Positions 55,103-64,000 are shown, counted from the stretch's first letter. The stretch: 64,000 nt of DNA from a virus (IMGVR_UViG_3300042366_000756:26368-90367), one strand, 5' to 3'. A program made the numbers and translations. The notes: generated from the sequence alone by a model not told the origin.

Positions 55103-55960
55103 ATGGCTAAAAACTTACTAGAACAAATTATGATTAAACCTAAAAAGAAACAAAGAAATAGTGAAGAAGATGAAAGTCTTGTTGAAGGTTTGGGAACTGC
55201 TATAAATGCTGGCTACCTAACTAAAACAAAACCAAAGTTTACTAAGAAAACTAACTTCTCTGCATCTAATTTAACCTATGGCTCAGGGGAATGCCCAAGG
55301 TATTGGTTTCTAGCCTTTGATGGTCAAATATTTTATGATAACTCAGATGCAACTGGTGTAGCAAATAGAACACAAGGAAGTCTTGGACATGGAAGAATTC
55401 AAGAAGCAATAGAATTATCTGGATTACTTGCAGAAGATTTAGAGTTTGATCCAATACCAAGAAAGTATAATAAACAAACTCATCCAGCAATGGAGTTTAG
55501 AGTTAAGATTGATGATCCACCTTTTGACGGTTATGGCGATGTTATGATTGACTATAAAGGTGAAAGACTTGTTGGTGAAATTAAAACAATAAGAAACGAT
55601 GATTTTGAATATAAAAAAATAAGTAGAAAACCTAAAATGGGTCACTTAATGCAATTGCTAATGTATATGAAGGTTTGGAAAATTCGTAAGGGTGTAATGA
55701 TTTATGAAAATAAAAACAATCACGAATTACTTACTTTACCAGTAGTTGTAAACGATCATTATCGCAATTGGGTAGAACAAGCCTTTGACTGGATGAAAAT
55801 AGTTTATAAAAATTGGGAGAGTAGGGAATTACCACAAGTTCCTTATCGTTCAAACTCAAAAATTTGTAAGGTATGTCCAATTCAAAAAGCATGTGCTGAA
55901 GCAGGAGAAGGCACAATCAAGATTAAACCTTTGGTATTATTAAAGGATGAACAGGACTAA
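55103..55960 (+). CDS. Cas4-like PD-(D/E)xK exonuclease with Fe-S Cys motif (solo, not CRISPR-linked)
   Basis: CPRY, GYGD..GEIKT, QLLMY and CKVCPIQKAC motifs. Confidence 0.8.
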   Translation: MAKNLLEQIMIKPKKKQRNSEEDESLVEGLGTAINAGYLTKTKPKFTKKTNFSASNLTYGSGECPRYWFLAFDGQIFYDNSDATGVANRTQGSLGHGRIQEAIELSGLLAEDLEFDPIPRKYNKQTHPAMEFRVKIDDPPFDGYGDVMIDYKGERLVGEIKTIRNDDFEYKKISRKPKMGHLMQLLMYMKVWKIRKGVMIYENKNNHELLTLPVVVNDHYRNWVEQAFDWMKIVYKNWESRELPQVPYRSNSKICKVCPIQKACAEAGEGTIKIKPLVLLKDEQD

Positions 55961-55965
55961 TCAAT

Positions 55966-56256
55966 GTGAAGTTATGTGAAAGGTGCGAGACCCCATTTAA
56001 GCCAAAGGTAAGTTATCAGATTTATTGTGGAGATATCTGTAGAGAACAGGCAACCAAAATAAAAATAGGAGAAAGATATCAGATAACTCGTAGGCAAAAA
56101 AGAATAGGTAAAAAAAGACTTTGCATTGGTGGTTGTGGAGAGCAACTATCAATATATAATGATTCTGGATTTTGTTCTAATTGCAATATAAGTAAAAAAG
56201 AAGTTGACAAAATGTTAAAACAAATTAAAGGATTTTTTGGCTATGAACAACAATAA
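55966..56256 (+). CDS. Cys-rich Zn-finger protein
   Basis: CERC, CGDIC, CIGGC, CSNC. Confidence 0.65.
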   Translation: MKLCERCETPFKPKVSYQIYCGDICREQATKIKIGERYQITRRQKRIGKKRLCIGGCGEQLSIYNDSGFCSNCNISKKEVDKMLKQIKGFFGYEQQ

Positions 56257-56815
56257 TCCAAAAACAATTTGTGCAATTGATGCAAGCACAAACAGTCTTG
56301 CTTTTGCTATTTTTAATGATAATGTCTTAGGCAATATTGGTAAAATTAATTTTAGTGGTAAAACAAATTATGAAAAAGTTATGGATGCTTGCGCTAAAAC
56401 AAAAGCATTCTTTGAACATTTTGGTGGATTTGAAGCAATTGTAATTGAACATACAGTATTTATGAATAGCCCTAAGACTGCTGCAGATCTTGCATTAGTT
56501 CAAGGTGCACTGCTTGGTGCAGCAGGGTTAACTGGAACAAAAATTATAGGAACGGTAGCACCAATTACTTGGCAAAACTATTTAGGGAACAAAAGATTAA
56601 CAAAAGAAGAACAAATAAATATTAGAGCAAAAACACCAGGGAAGTCAGAATCTTGGTATAAAACATATGAAAGGCAAATTAGAAAAGAAAGGACGATAAA
56701 ACTAATTGAAATCAACTATGATAAAGTTATTAACGATAATGACGTTGCTGATGCTTGTGGTATCGGCCACTGGGCTATTAATAACTGGAATAAAGCAATG
56801 AGAGTTGAGGAATAA
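56243..56815 (+). CDS. RuvC-like Holliday junction resolvase
   Basis: AIDASTNSLAFAI, IVIEH and DVADACGIG motifs. Confidence 0.8.
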   Translation: MNNNNPKTICAIDASTNSLAFAIFNDNVLGNIGKINFSGKTNYEKVMDACAKTKAFFEHFGGFEAIVIEHTVFMNSPKTAADLALVQGALLGAAGLTGTKIIGTVAPITWQNYLGNKRLTKEEQINIRAKTPGKSESWYKTYERQIRKERTIKLIEINYDKVINDNDVADACGIGHWAINNWNKAMRVEE

Positions 56816-57459
56816 TGCCAGAACTAAATGCAAATATACCACCAATAAGTTGTTATGTAAGAGGAAATTATTTAAGAAATCATAAAGATAGTCACGACAA
56901 ATATTTTGAGTGTGTAGTTTTTGGTGTTTCAAGTTTAAAGTCTAGGAGTCCGCTATTTCATATTATGATGCCAGATGGTGGGCTTTGGTGGAGGCTTCCT
57001 ATTTCTGCTTTTTGTACAGAGCCAGGAGTTCCTGAAGTTGATCTACATAATTTAGTTTTGTGGAATTCTTTTAGTCATCATATTGCTGTAACTCAATTTG
57101 AAAATCTAACCAATTTAAGAATGTCTTATATAGACAGAACAAAGACAATGCATAAGGGCACATACTTATTTACATTAGACTGGCATAACCCAGATAGCAA
57201 TGTGTTAAATGATGGATATTCTGAAAGCCCTGCAGATCACAAGTGTGGTCATGTAATTCAAAGAGATGATGGAAACTTTGCAATTCAACCCAATAACAGG
57301 GTCAGAGTATACGAGCCTTCGTTTACCCTAGAAAAAGAATATTTGATTGATAGAATAATTAATGAAAGAAAATATGATGTGGAAAATCAAGATAAGTGGA
57401 TAATGGAAAACTCTGATAGATTTAACTATGATATAAATGAGGCTGGAGTTGACAAATAA
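56815..57459 (+). CDS. Hypothetical protein
   Basis: 214-aa ORF, TAATG coupling. Confidence 0.75.
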   Translation: MPELNANIPPISCYVRGNYLRNHKDSHDKYFECVVFGVSSLKSRSPLFHIMMPDGGLWWRLPISAFCTEPGVPEVDLHNLVLWNSFSHHIAVTQFENLTNLRMSYIDRTKTMHKGTYLFTLDWHNPDSNVLNDGYSESPADHKCGHVIQRDDGNFAIQPNNRVRVYEPSFTLEKEYLIDRIINERKYDVENQDKWIMENSDRFNYDINEAGVDK

Positions 57460-57477
57460 TCCTATGGCTGGTAAACT
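57449..57477 (+). promoter_or_regulatory. Promoter straddling the start of the small HTH gene
   Basis: TTGACA-N17-TAAACT with TG extension. Confidence 0.55.
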
Positions 57478-57619
57478 GTATACAAGCGAGATTTGGCTTC
57501 GTAAGAGATATCTTATAGATAAAAAATCTCCACAAGATATTGCTAAAGAGTGTGGGGCAAGCATAGAAACAATCTATGTATACCTTGCAAAATTTGGATT
57601 AAGGAAATCTAAAAGATGA
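57464..57619 (+). CDS. Small HTH DNA-binding protein
   Basis: SPQDIAKECGASIETIYVYLAKFG. Confidence 0.7.
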   Translation: MAGKLYTSEIWLRKRYLIDKKSPQDIAKECGASIETIYVYLAKFGLRKSKR

Positions 57620-57951
57620 AACTAAAACCAGTTTACTTAGATGTTACAGATTTTAACTGTAACGATCTTTACCTTAAATCGCTTGGGGCGCCATCTGGCA
57701 ATTCAATTTGGAAAACATGTCACTCTATAGCACAAATGCTTATAGAAAAAAATATAGCGTATGGCGATTCGGCTCTTGATCCTGTAAGAATTTTTAGTAA
57801 ATCAGATGCAGCAGAACAACTTAAAGTTAGAATTGATGACAAGTTAAGTCGTTTAATGAAGGGCACAGATTACCCTGGAGATAATGACATTGATGATTTA
57901 ATAGGATATTTAGTTTTATTAAAAATAGCAAAGGAAAAAAATGTCAACTGA
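57616..57951 (+). CDS. Nucleotide-modification-associated domain 1 (DUF1599-like) protein
   Basis: KNIAYGDS..RIDDKLSRL..DDLIGYLVL. Confidence 0.7.
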   Translation: MKLKPVYLDVTDFNCNDLYLKSLGAPSGNSIWKTCHSIAQMLIEKNIAYGDSALDPVRIFSKSDAAEQLKVRIDDKLSRLMKGTDYPGDNDIDDLIGYLVLLKIAKEKNVN

Positions 57952-58474
57952 AACAGAACTAATTGAGCACCTTGATGAAGTTAACAAGGTAGTTACAGAA
58001 TATCTTAAAGGGCAAGATCCAACAAAAATTTCTAAAGAATTAGACATTCCACGCACTCGTGTTGTTTCATTAATTAATGAGTGGAAAGTTATGGCATCTG
58101 CAAATGATGCAATTCGTGCTCGTGCTAAAGAAGCCCTTGCTGGTGCTGATACTCACTACACTAAACTTATTACAAAGGCTTATGAGGTAATTGATGAATC
58201 AAGTATGACTAATAATCTTAGTGCAAAAACTCAAGCAATTAAGTTAGTAATGGACATTGAAAAGTCTAGAATTGAAATGTTACAAAAAGCAGGTTTGCTT
58301 GAAAATAAAGAACTTGCAGAAGAAATGGTTGAGATTGAACGCAAGCAAGAAGTTTTAATTGGCATACTTCGTGATGTTGCATCAGAGCATCCAGAAATAC
58401 GTGACTTAATTATGAAACGCCTTTCTCAGATTGCTAGAGAGGGAGAGGTAATTACAATTGTCCAAGATGTTTAA
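57941..58474 (+). CDS. Terminase small subunit (putative)
   Basis: N-terminal HTH (PTKISKELDIPRTRV), helical body, overlaps terL. Confidence 0.6.
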   Translation: MSTETELIEHLDEVNKVVTEYLKGQDPTKISKELDIPRTRVVSLINEWKVMASANDAIRARAKEALAGADTHYTKLITKAYEVIDESSMTNNLSAKTQAIKLVMDIEKSRIEMLQKAGLLENKELAEEMVEIERKQEVLIGILRDVASEHPEIRDLIMKRLSQIAREGEVITIVQDV

Positions 58475-60242
58475 TGATTTTTTAGAAGTTTTAAAAGAAA
58501 ATCAATTTGATGAGATTCCAGTAGACGCAAAGACATTTGTTGAATCTCCTGATTATCTTGGGCAACCACCGTTATCCTTAATTCAGTATGAAATTGTAGA
58601 AGCAATGAGTCAGGTTTATCGTAAAGAAGAACTACAAGAAATCTTTGGATCAGTTGCTGGCTCTCAATACTTTGATAAATATACTAAAAATGAAATTATA
58701 TTACAACTTGGAAAAGGATCTGGAAAAGATTTTGTATCAACTGTAGCCTGTGCATATATAGTTTATAAACTATTATGCCTTAAAGATCCTGCTAAATATT
58801 ATGGAAAACCAAGCGGGGATGCAATTGATATCATAAACGTAGCCATTAACGCACAACAAGCAAAGAACGTATTCTTTAAAGGATTTAGAACTAAGATAGA
58901 AAAATCACCATGGTTTGCAGGAAAGTATAATGCAAAGGCTGATAGTGTTGAGTTTGATAAATCAATTACCGTCTACTCTGGACATTCAGAGAGAGAATCA
59001 CATGAAGGTTTGAACTTGTTGCTTGCAGTCCTTGATGAAATTTCTGGTTTTGCATCTGAGGTTGGAACTGGTAATGAGCAAGGTAAAACTGCAGAAAATA
59101 TATATAAAGCATTTCGTGGCTCTGTAGATTCTCGTTTTCCAGACTTGGGCAAAGTAGTGTTGCTTTCATTCCCACGTTATCAAGGTGACTTTATTTCTCA
59201 AAGGTATGAAGCAGTTATTGCTGAAAAAGAAACTATTGAAAAGAAACATCTTTTTATTATGAACGAAAATTTGCCACATGATAATCCAGACAATCAATTT
59301 GAAATTTCATGGGACGAAGATACAATTCTTTCCTATAAGGTTCCAAAAGTTTTAGCATTGAAAAAAACAACATGGGATGTAAACCCTACTAGAAAAATAG
59401 ATGATTTTAAGTTAGCATTTTACACAGATCTTGGTGATGCAATGATGCGTTTTGCATGCACACCAACCTTTGCATCAGATGCATTTTTTAAACAAAAGGA
59501 TAAGTTAGAAAAATGTATGACATTTAGAAATCCAGTTGATAGTTTTAGAAGGTTTGATGAATCATTTAAACCTGATCCAGAAAAAATATATTACATACAT
59601 GCCGATTTAGCACAAAAACATGATAAGTGTGCTGTAGCAATTGCTCACGTAGATAAATGGGTAAACATTCAGGTTATTAAAGATTATGAACAGGTAGCGC
59701 CAATGGTTATTGTTGATGCAGTTGCTTGGTGGGAACCAAAATCAGAAGGCCCAGTTAATTTATCAGAAGTAAAACAATGGATTATTAACTTACGCAGACA
59801 AGGTTTTAATATTGGGGTTGTTTCATTTGACCGTTGGCAGTCATTTGATATACAGCAAGAACTAAAAGCAGTAGGTATAAAAACTGACACTGTTTCTGTT
59901 GCTAAAAAACATTACGAAGACTTAGCAATGATGGTATATGAAGAAAGAGTTGCAATGCCAAGGATTCCCCTACTACTGGAAGAAATGTCAGAACTCAAAA
60001 TTATGAAAAATACTAGAGTTGATCATCCACGTAAAAAATCTAAGGACCTAGCAGATGCTGTATGTGGCGCTGTGTTTGGAGCAATATCACATACACCTAA
60101 AGATTCTAACCATGAGATTGAGATTCATACTTGGTCTACCTCTGCACGACTTGCAGAGAAGCAAAGGTCTATGGTAGAATTAGATAACAAGGAAATGCCT
60201 AAAGATATTAGGGATTTTCTTGATAGATTAAATATCATATAA
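58458..60242 (+). CDS. terL: Terminase large subunit
   Basis: GKGSGKD Walker A, AVLDE Walker B, IHADLA, SFDRWQS and KDLADA nuclease motifs. Confidence 0.9.
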   Translation: MSKMFNDFLEVLKENQFDEIPVDAKTFVESPDYLGQPPLSLIQYEIVEAMSQVYRKEELQEIFGSVAGSQYFDKYTKNEIILQLGKGSGKDFVSTVACAYIVYKLLCLKDPAKYYGKPSGDAIDIINVAINAQQAKNVFFKGFRTKIEKSPWFAGKYNAKADSVEFDKSITVYSGHSERESHEGLNLLLAVLDEISGFASEVGTGNEQGKTAENIYKAFRGSVDSRFPDLGKVVLLSFPRYQGDFISQRYEAVIAEKETIEKKHLFIMNENLPHDNPDNQFEISWDEDTILSYKVPKVLALKKTTWDVNPTRKIDDFKLAFYTDLGDAMMRFACTPTFASDAFFKQKDKLEKCMTFRNPVDSFRRFDESFKPDPEKIYYIHADLAQKHDKCAVAIAHVDKWVNIQVIKDYEQVAPMVIVDAVAWWEPKSEGPVNLSEVKQWIINLRRQGFNIGVVSFDRWQSFDIQQELKAVGIKTDTVSVAKKHYEDLAMMVYEERVAMPRIPLLLEEMSELKIMKNTRVDHPRKKSKDLADAVCGAVFGAISHTPKDSNHEIEIHTWSTSARLAEKQRSMVELDNKEMPKDIRDFLDRLNII

Positions 60243-60263
60243 TACAAACAAACAAGGAGAAAA

Positions 60264-61274
60264 ATGAATTCATTTAAAAAAGTATCGCTAATCATCGCTG
60301 CAGCCCTGACTAGCACAATGCTTGTATCCCCATCGGCAAATGCCAATGCGGGTACCGTTACATTAACAGTGGCGGGATCTGCAGCAACGGGTGGAACAGT
60401 AGTAACAACTCCTGTATCACTACCAGTACCAGCAGATAACAGCGTAGATGCAGCAGATGCATTAAAGATTGCTGTGACATCAGTAGATACTGGAACAGTA
60501 GTAACAGCAGTTGCAGTAAATGCAACAATTGTTCCTGCTCTAGCAACATCAACAGCACCAGTAACCGCATCAAACGGTTCTTCAACACTTTCAATTGCAA
60601 CAGGAACTGGAACATCAGCAGACTTTTATGTATATACTAAAAGTACAGCAGTAGGATCAGTCTCTATTACTCGTGCTGGAACTACAACAGTTTATTATGT
60701 TCAAGGTACCGCAGGTGCACTGAACTCAATTACACTAACCGCTCCTGCCTCAGCAGCAGCAGGTACATCACAGGTACTTAAGGTATCTGGTTTTGACGTG
60801 TTTGGTAATGCAAAGGGTGGAGCCACAATTAATACTTTGGTTTCAAGTTCTGGAGCAGCACTAGCAACAGCGCTAACAACTGACACAGCAGTAGCAACTC
60901 TTGGAACAAAAGAGCAGACAGTAACAATGCCTGCTACTGGTTCAGTAACAGTAGTTGCATATGCAACAGTAGCAACAGCCGTAACAGGCTTAGCAGCACC
61001 AGTCGGTTCTGTAAGCGCTACAATTGTAGTACGTGATATTGCAGCAGAACTTGCAGCAAAGAATGCAGAATTAGCAGTTGCTAACTCAGCACTTGCAGCA
61101 GAACGTGCTGGACGTGCAGCCGATAAGGTAGCATCAGATTCAGCAACAGCAACTTTAAAGGCAGAGAACGAAACTTTAAAGAAGGCTATTGTAGATCTAA
61201 AAACAAAGTTCAATGCTTTGGCTAAAAAGTGGAACGCAAAGTTCCCTAAGTTAAAGGTAAATTGGATTAAGTAA
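60264..61274 (+). CDS. Secreted Ala/Thr-rich surface (S-layer-like) protein with C-terminal coiled coil
   Basis: Signal peptide MNSFKKVSLIIAAALTSTMLVSPSANA; AAGGAG SD; basic amphipathic C-terminus. Confidence 0.65.
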   Translation: MNSFKKVSLIIAAALTSTMLVSPSANANAGTVTLTVAGSAATGGTVVTTPVSLPVPADNSVDAADALKIAVTSVDTGTVVTAVAVNATIVPALATSTAPVTASNGSSTLSIATGTGTSADFYVYTKSTAVGSVSITRAGTTTVYYVQGTAGALNSITLTAPASAAAGTSQVLKVSGFDVFGNAKGGATINTLVSSSGAALATALTTDTAVATLGTKEQTVTMPATGSVTVVAYATVATAVTGLAAPVGSVSATIVVRDIAAELAAKNAELAVANSALAAERAGRAADKVASDSATATLKAENETLKKAIVDLKTKFNALAKKWNAKFPKLKVNWIK

Positions 61275-61288
61275 TTACTTAAATTAAA

Positions 61289-61318
61289 AGGGTTAGCCAA
61301 GTGCTAGCCCTTTTTTTT
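61289..61318 (+). terminator. Intrinsic terminator
   Basis: AGGGTTAGC-CAAGT-GCTAGCCCT followed by a T run. Confidence 0.85.
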
Positions 61319-61329
61319 ATTTTAAAAAA

Positions 61330-61338
61330 TGGTATAAT
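61330..61338 (+). promoter_or_regulatory. Extended -10 promoter
   Basis: TGGTATAAT. Confidence 0.6.
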
Positions 61339-61374
61339 TGCTAATATAGTTAAACATAGGAGACTACCACTTAA

Positions 61375-63999
61375 TTGAAAAACCTTAAACGAAGACTAGT
61401 ATTAGCCTTTGGGGTAGGTTTATGTATAGCAATTTTTGGGATTATGTCTCCAGATAGTGCTCATGCTACAGATAATCAAGAGCAGGTTGTTGTTAGCCCT
61501 GCTCAACAAGCAGTCAACACTGCGATTGCAACAGCCACTACAGAGGTCCAACAGTCTATTGCAGCCACGGATACCGCTACCGCTACTATTGCAGTGGCAG
61601 TTGCTGAAAGGTTAGAGGCTCAGGCAGTAGTAGATACAGTAACAGCAACAGTAGCAATAGCACAATCAAACGTAGCCTTAGTAGATACAGCAACCGCCAC
61701 AATTAGTTCTGTAGATTTATCTGTTACACCAGTAGATCAAGGTTCACAAGTAGTTCAAGATGCTAAAAATACAATTACAACAGCACAAACCTCCATAAAT
61801 AATATTGACACATCAATTGCACAGGTACAAATATCTGAAGCCGTTGCAGCAAAAACAACAGCAACAACAGCACAAGCCACCGCACAAACCGAACTAACTC
61901 AAGCCAACATTGCAATTGATAATGCACAAACAGCAGTAAATAATTTGCAAGCCACTATTGGAACAAGTACCAATGTCCTTGCTGGTGTAGATGATGCTGG
62001 TGTTCAAATGAATCTTCCGTTTGGAATGCAAATGGGTGGAACTGTTTATAACAACGTTTATGTTGGGTCTAATGCAACTATAACATTTGGTGTCAACGAA
62101 GGTCCTAATTATTATTCTACTCCAAGTGCACCATCCGTATCTATTGCTGGCTGGGATTGGACAACCTGGAGCACAGGAACTGGAATTACATATGCAACTA
62201 CTGGAACAAGTTTAGATATTGCATGGGACCTTCGCCCTTATCCACAACAGGATGCTTCAACACAAATGGTTCAAGTAAGATTTAATGCTGATGTGAATCC
62301 CAATGATGGTGCTTGGATGGCAACTGTTAGTGCTAATGGACCAATACCTAATGGAGCAAGATTTAATTATAGAGAAACTACAAATGGGAATGTAACTAAT
62401 ATTGAGGATATAAATTCTGGGTCAGGATTCAACGGACAAATAAGTCAAGGTGCAGCATTTACTCCATATGTAGACCCAAATACTTCAACAATTCAAGCAG
62501 CAGTAGATTCTGCAAACGCTACAATTGCACAGTTAAACTCAAGTCTTACTCCAGTAGTTGCTCAAAATACTACAAACACATCAGCAATAAATGCTATTAA
62601 TACAACATCTTTAACTAATGCCGTAAACTCAGCGGTATCTAGTAAGACAAACTTACAAACACAATTAAATACAAATGCTCAAGAGTTAATTACGGCAATT
62701 AGTACTAATATTCCTACTCCTGCTCCAATACTTGCAGAACCAGTCATTGAGGGCACGACTGTAACAATTATGCCTGAGTTACCAGAAGGATACACAGCAA
62801 ACACTTGGTTCTATCAAGTAATAACAAATGACCCAGATGCAGAAAATCCATATGAAGGTGGAACATATAACACAACTGGCGCTCCAGAATCTATTGAATT
62901 AATTGGTTTAACAGAAGGTGCTACTTATACTATTAGAGTTGCTAACTGGTCAGGTCCCGTAAGTCAATATACTGAGACTGTTATTTCTATACCCGCAGAA
63001 GAAATTATCCAAGCACCATCTCAACCATCTTTTATTACTGCACCTGATCTGCCCGAACAAATTCAACCAGACGAGACCATTCCAACTGAAGAGGATAATA
63101 CAGATACAGAAGAGACTCCTGTAGAGGAAATCCCTGTAGAGGAAATCCCTGTGGAAGAAGTTCCTGTTGACGAAGTCCCTTCTGAAGAAACTGAATCTCC
63201 CGAAACGGATACACCTGAATCTGATGACTCTTCATCCAGCGATGAACTAGAAAATATTCTTGAAGAAAATCAGGATTCTTTTGAAGAAATAGCACAAGAT
63301 AATGATACCTTATCTGTAGAACAAGTGCAGGATATAGTTAGTGATCTAGTTTCAGATAGTGGTCTAGATGCATCAGAAGTTGCAGAAGTATTAGAAGCAA
63401 TTGCTCAAGGTGAAGAAGTATCGGAAGAAATTGCTGCAGAAGTTTCATCTACATTATCAGAAGGTGGACTAACAGAAGCAGAAGCAGAGTTTATTACAGA
63501 AATGCTTTCTGCAGATGGAGAAATAACTACTGCTGAAGTTGTTAATTTATCAGAGGCTTTAACTGAAGATGGTAAATTTACTTTAGTAGAAAAAGATTTA
63601 GTTGCAGATGTATTGATAGAATCAGCAGAAGGAGCACCTGTAACTGCTGCCAACATAGAAGCAGCGGGACTTGAATATCGTGATCTTCCTCCTACAATTC
63701 CAGTAGAGGTAAGAGAAGATGCAAACGGAAACCCCGTAGTAATTCAAGCAGAGGTAGCATCTGCACTGCTTGTATTAGAAAGTCCAGCAGCATTATTAGA
63801 TGCAGTTGCCACTTGTTTTAATCCAGATGAAGCAATTGAAGGTTTGACAGAAGAGCAAAAATGTGAGTTAGGTAAAGCCTTACTTAGCATGGGTGCTGAT
63901 ATGTCTATTCCAGAACGTGAAAAAGCAGAAGATATTGTAGTTGTAACAATTATTGCTGGTCAATTAATTGTTGCTACTGCACCTAGAAGAAGGAGATAA
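61375..63999 (+). CDS. Large exported acidic surface protein with FN3-like domain and possible C-terminal anchor
   Basis: TTG start after AGGAG; signal peptide; YTIRVANWSG FN3-like strand; Glu-rich stalk; ends IVVVTIIAGQLIVATAPRRRR. Confidence 0.7.
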   Translation: MKNLKRRLVLAFGVGLCIAIFGIMSPDSAHATDNQEQVVVSPAQQAVNTAIATATTEVQQSIAATDTATATIAVAVAERLEAQAVVDTVTATVAIAQSNVALVDTATATISSVDLSVTPVDQGSQVVQDAKNTITTAQTSINNIDTSIAQVQISEAVAAKTTATTAQATAQTELTQANIAIDNAQTAVNNLQATIGTSTNVLAGVDDAGVQMNLPFGMQMGGTVYNNVYVGSNATITFGVNEGPNYYSTPSAPSVSIAGWDWTTWSTGTGITYATTGTSLDIAWDLRPYPQQDASTQMVQVRFNADVNPNDGAWMATVSANGPIPNGARFNYRETTNGNVTNIEDINSGSGFNGQISQGAAFTPYVDPNTSTIQAAVDSANATIAQLNSSLTPVVAQNTTNTSAINAINTTSLTNAVNSAVSSKTNLQTQLNTNAQELITAISTNIPTPAPILAEPVIEGTTVTIMPELPEGYTANTWFYQVITNDPDAENPYEGGTYNTTGAPESIELIGLTEGATYTIRVANWSGPVSQYTETVISIPAEEIIQAPSQPSFITAPDLPEQIQPDETIPTEEDNTDTEETPVEEIPVEEIPVEEVPVDEVPSEETESPETDTPESDDSSSSDELENILEENQDSFEEIAQDNDTLSVEQVQDIVSDLVSDSGLDASEVAEVLEAIAQGEEVSEEIAAEVSSTLSEGGLTEAEAEFITEMLSADGEITTAEVVNLSEALTEDGKFTLVEKDLVADVLIESAEGAPVTAANIEAAGLEYRDLPPTIPVEVREDANGNPVVIQAEVASALLVLESPAALLDAVATCFNPDEAIEGLTEEQKCELGKALLSMGADMSIPEREKAEDIVVVTIIAGQLIVATAPRRRR
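63118..63180 (+). repeat. 15-nt tandem repeat (PVEEI)
   Basis: CCTGTAGAGGAAATC twice exactly, plus two degenerate copies. Confidence 0.85.
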
Positions 64000-64000
64000 A

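Noticed and set aside
55103-55960. CRISPR-Cas system suggested by the Cas4-like gene
   Set aside because: No repeat-spacer array or other cas genes; solo Cas4-like nucleases are common in phage recombination modules.
15584-60242. Inteins, introns or homing endonucleases in nrdJ, dnaB, dnaE, recA or terL
   Set aside because: Protein lengths are ordinary, catalytic motifs are colinear, and no splice-junction or LAGLIDADG/HNH motifs were seen.
1-64000. tRNA, rRNA, integrase or transposase genes
   Set aside because: Intergenic gaps are nearly all under 170 nt and none shows cloverleaf or recombinase motifs on inspection; a tRNAscan/Infernal run would be needed to be certain.

Overview
This window is a continuous, almost entirely plus-strand, AT-rich (roughly one third GC by eye) segment of a large tailed dsDNA phage, most likely a long-tailed siphovirus. 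The host is probably a low-GC actinobacterium (inference from gene content, extended -10 promoters and near-leaderless starts). In order, it contains: (1) a fibre/decoration cassette (1-8350) in which two FN3 proteins end in tails made almost only of Pro and Phe, interrupted by one minus-strand lysozyme-like gene; (2) an array of six prolyl-4-hydroxylase-type 2OG-Fe(II) oxygenases, one JmjC oxygenase, two DUF6065-like proteins and an SDR (8439-15421); (3) a B12 module with class II RNR nrdJ, a DUF4430-like protein and a PduO adenosyltransferase; (4) a head module (portal, protease/scaffold, capsid, connectors) and a tail module (tube, two paralogous chaperones, 2063-aa tape measure, tip proteins); (5) replication/recombination genes (DnaB, primase, SSB, DnaE, RecA, Cas4-like and RuvC-like nucleases); (6) terminase; (7) two secreted surface-type proteins. 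I saw no tRNA, rRNA, CRISPR array, integrase, intein or transposase. The best candidate for an undescribed system is the pairing of the (Pro-Pro-Phe-Phe/Pro-Phe-Phe)n-tailed FN3 proteins with the adjacent oxygenase array. Next are a frameshift-free G/GT tail chaperone pair made by gene duplication and a phage B12 capture/adenosylation module. All product calls come from motif recognition by eye; no database search was run.
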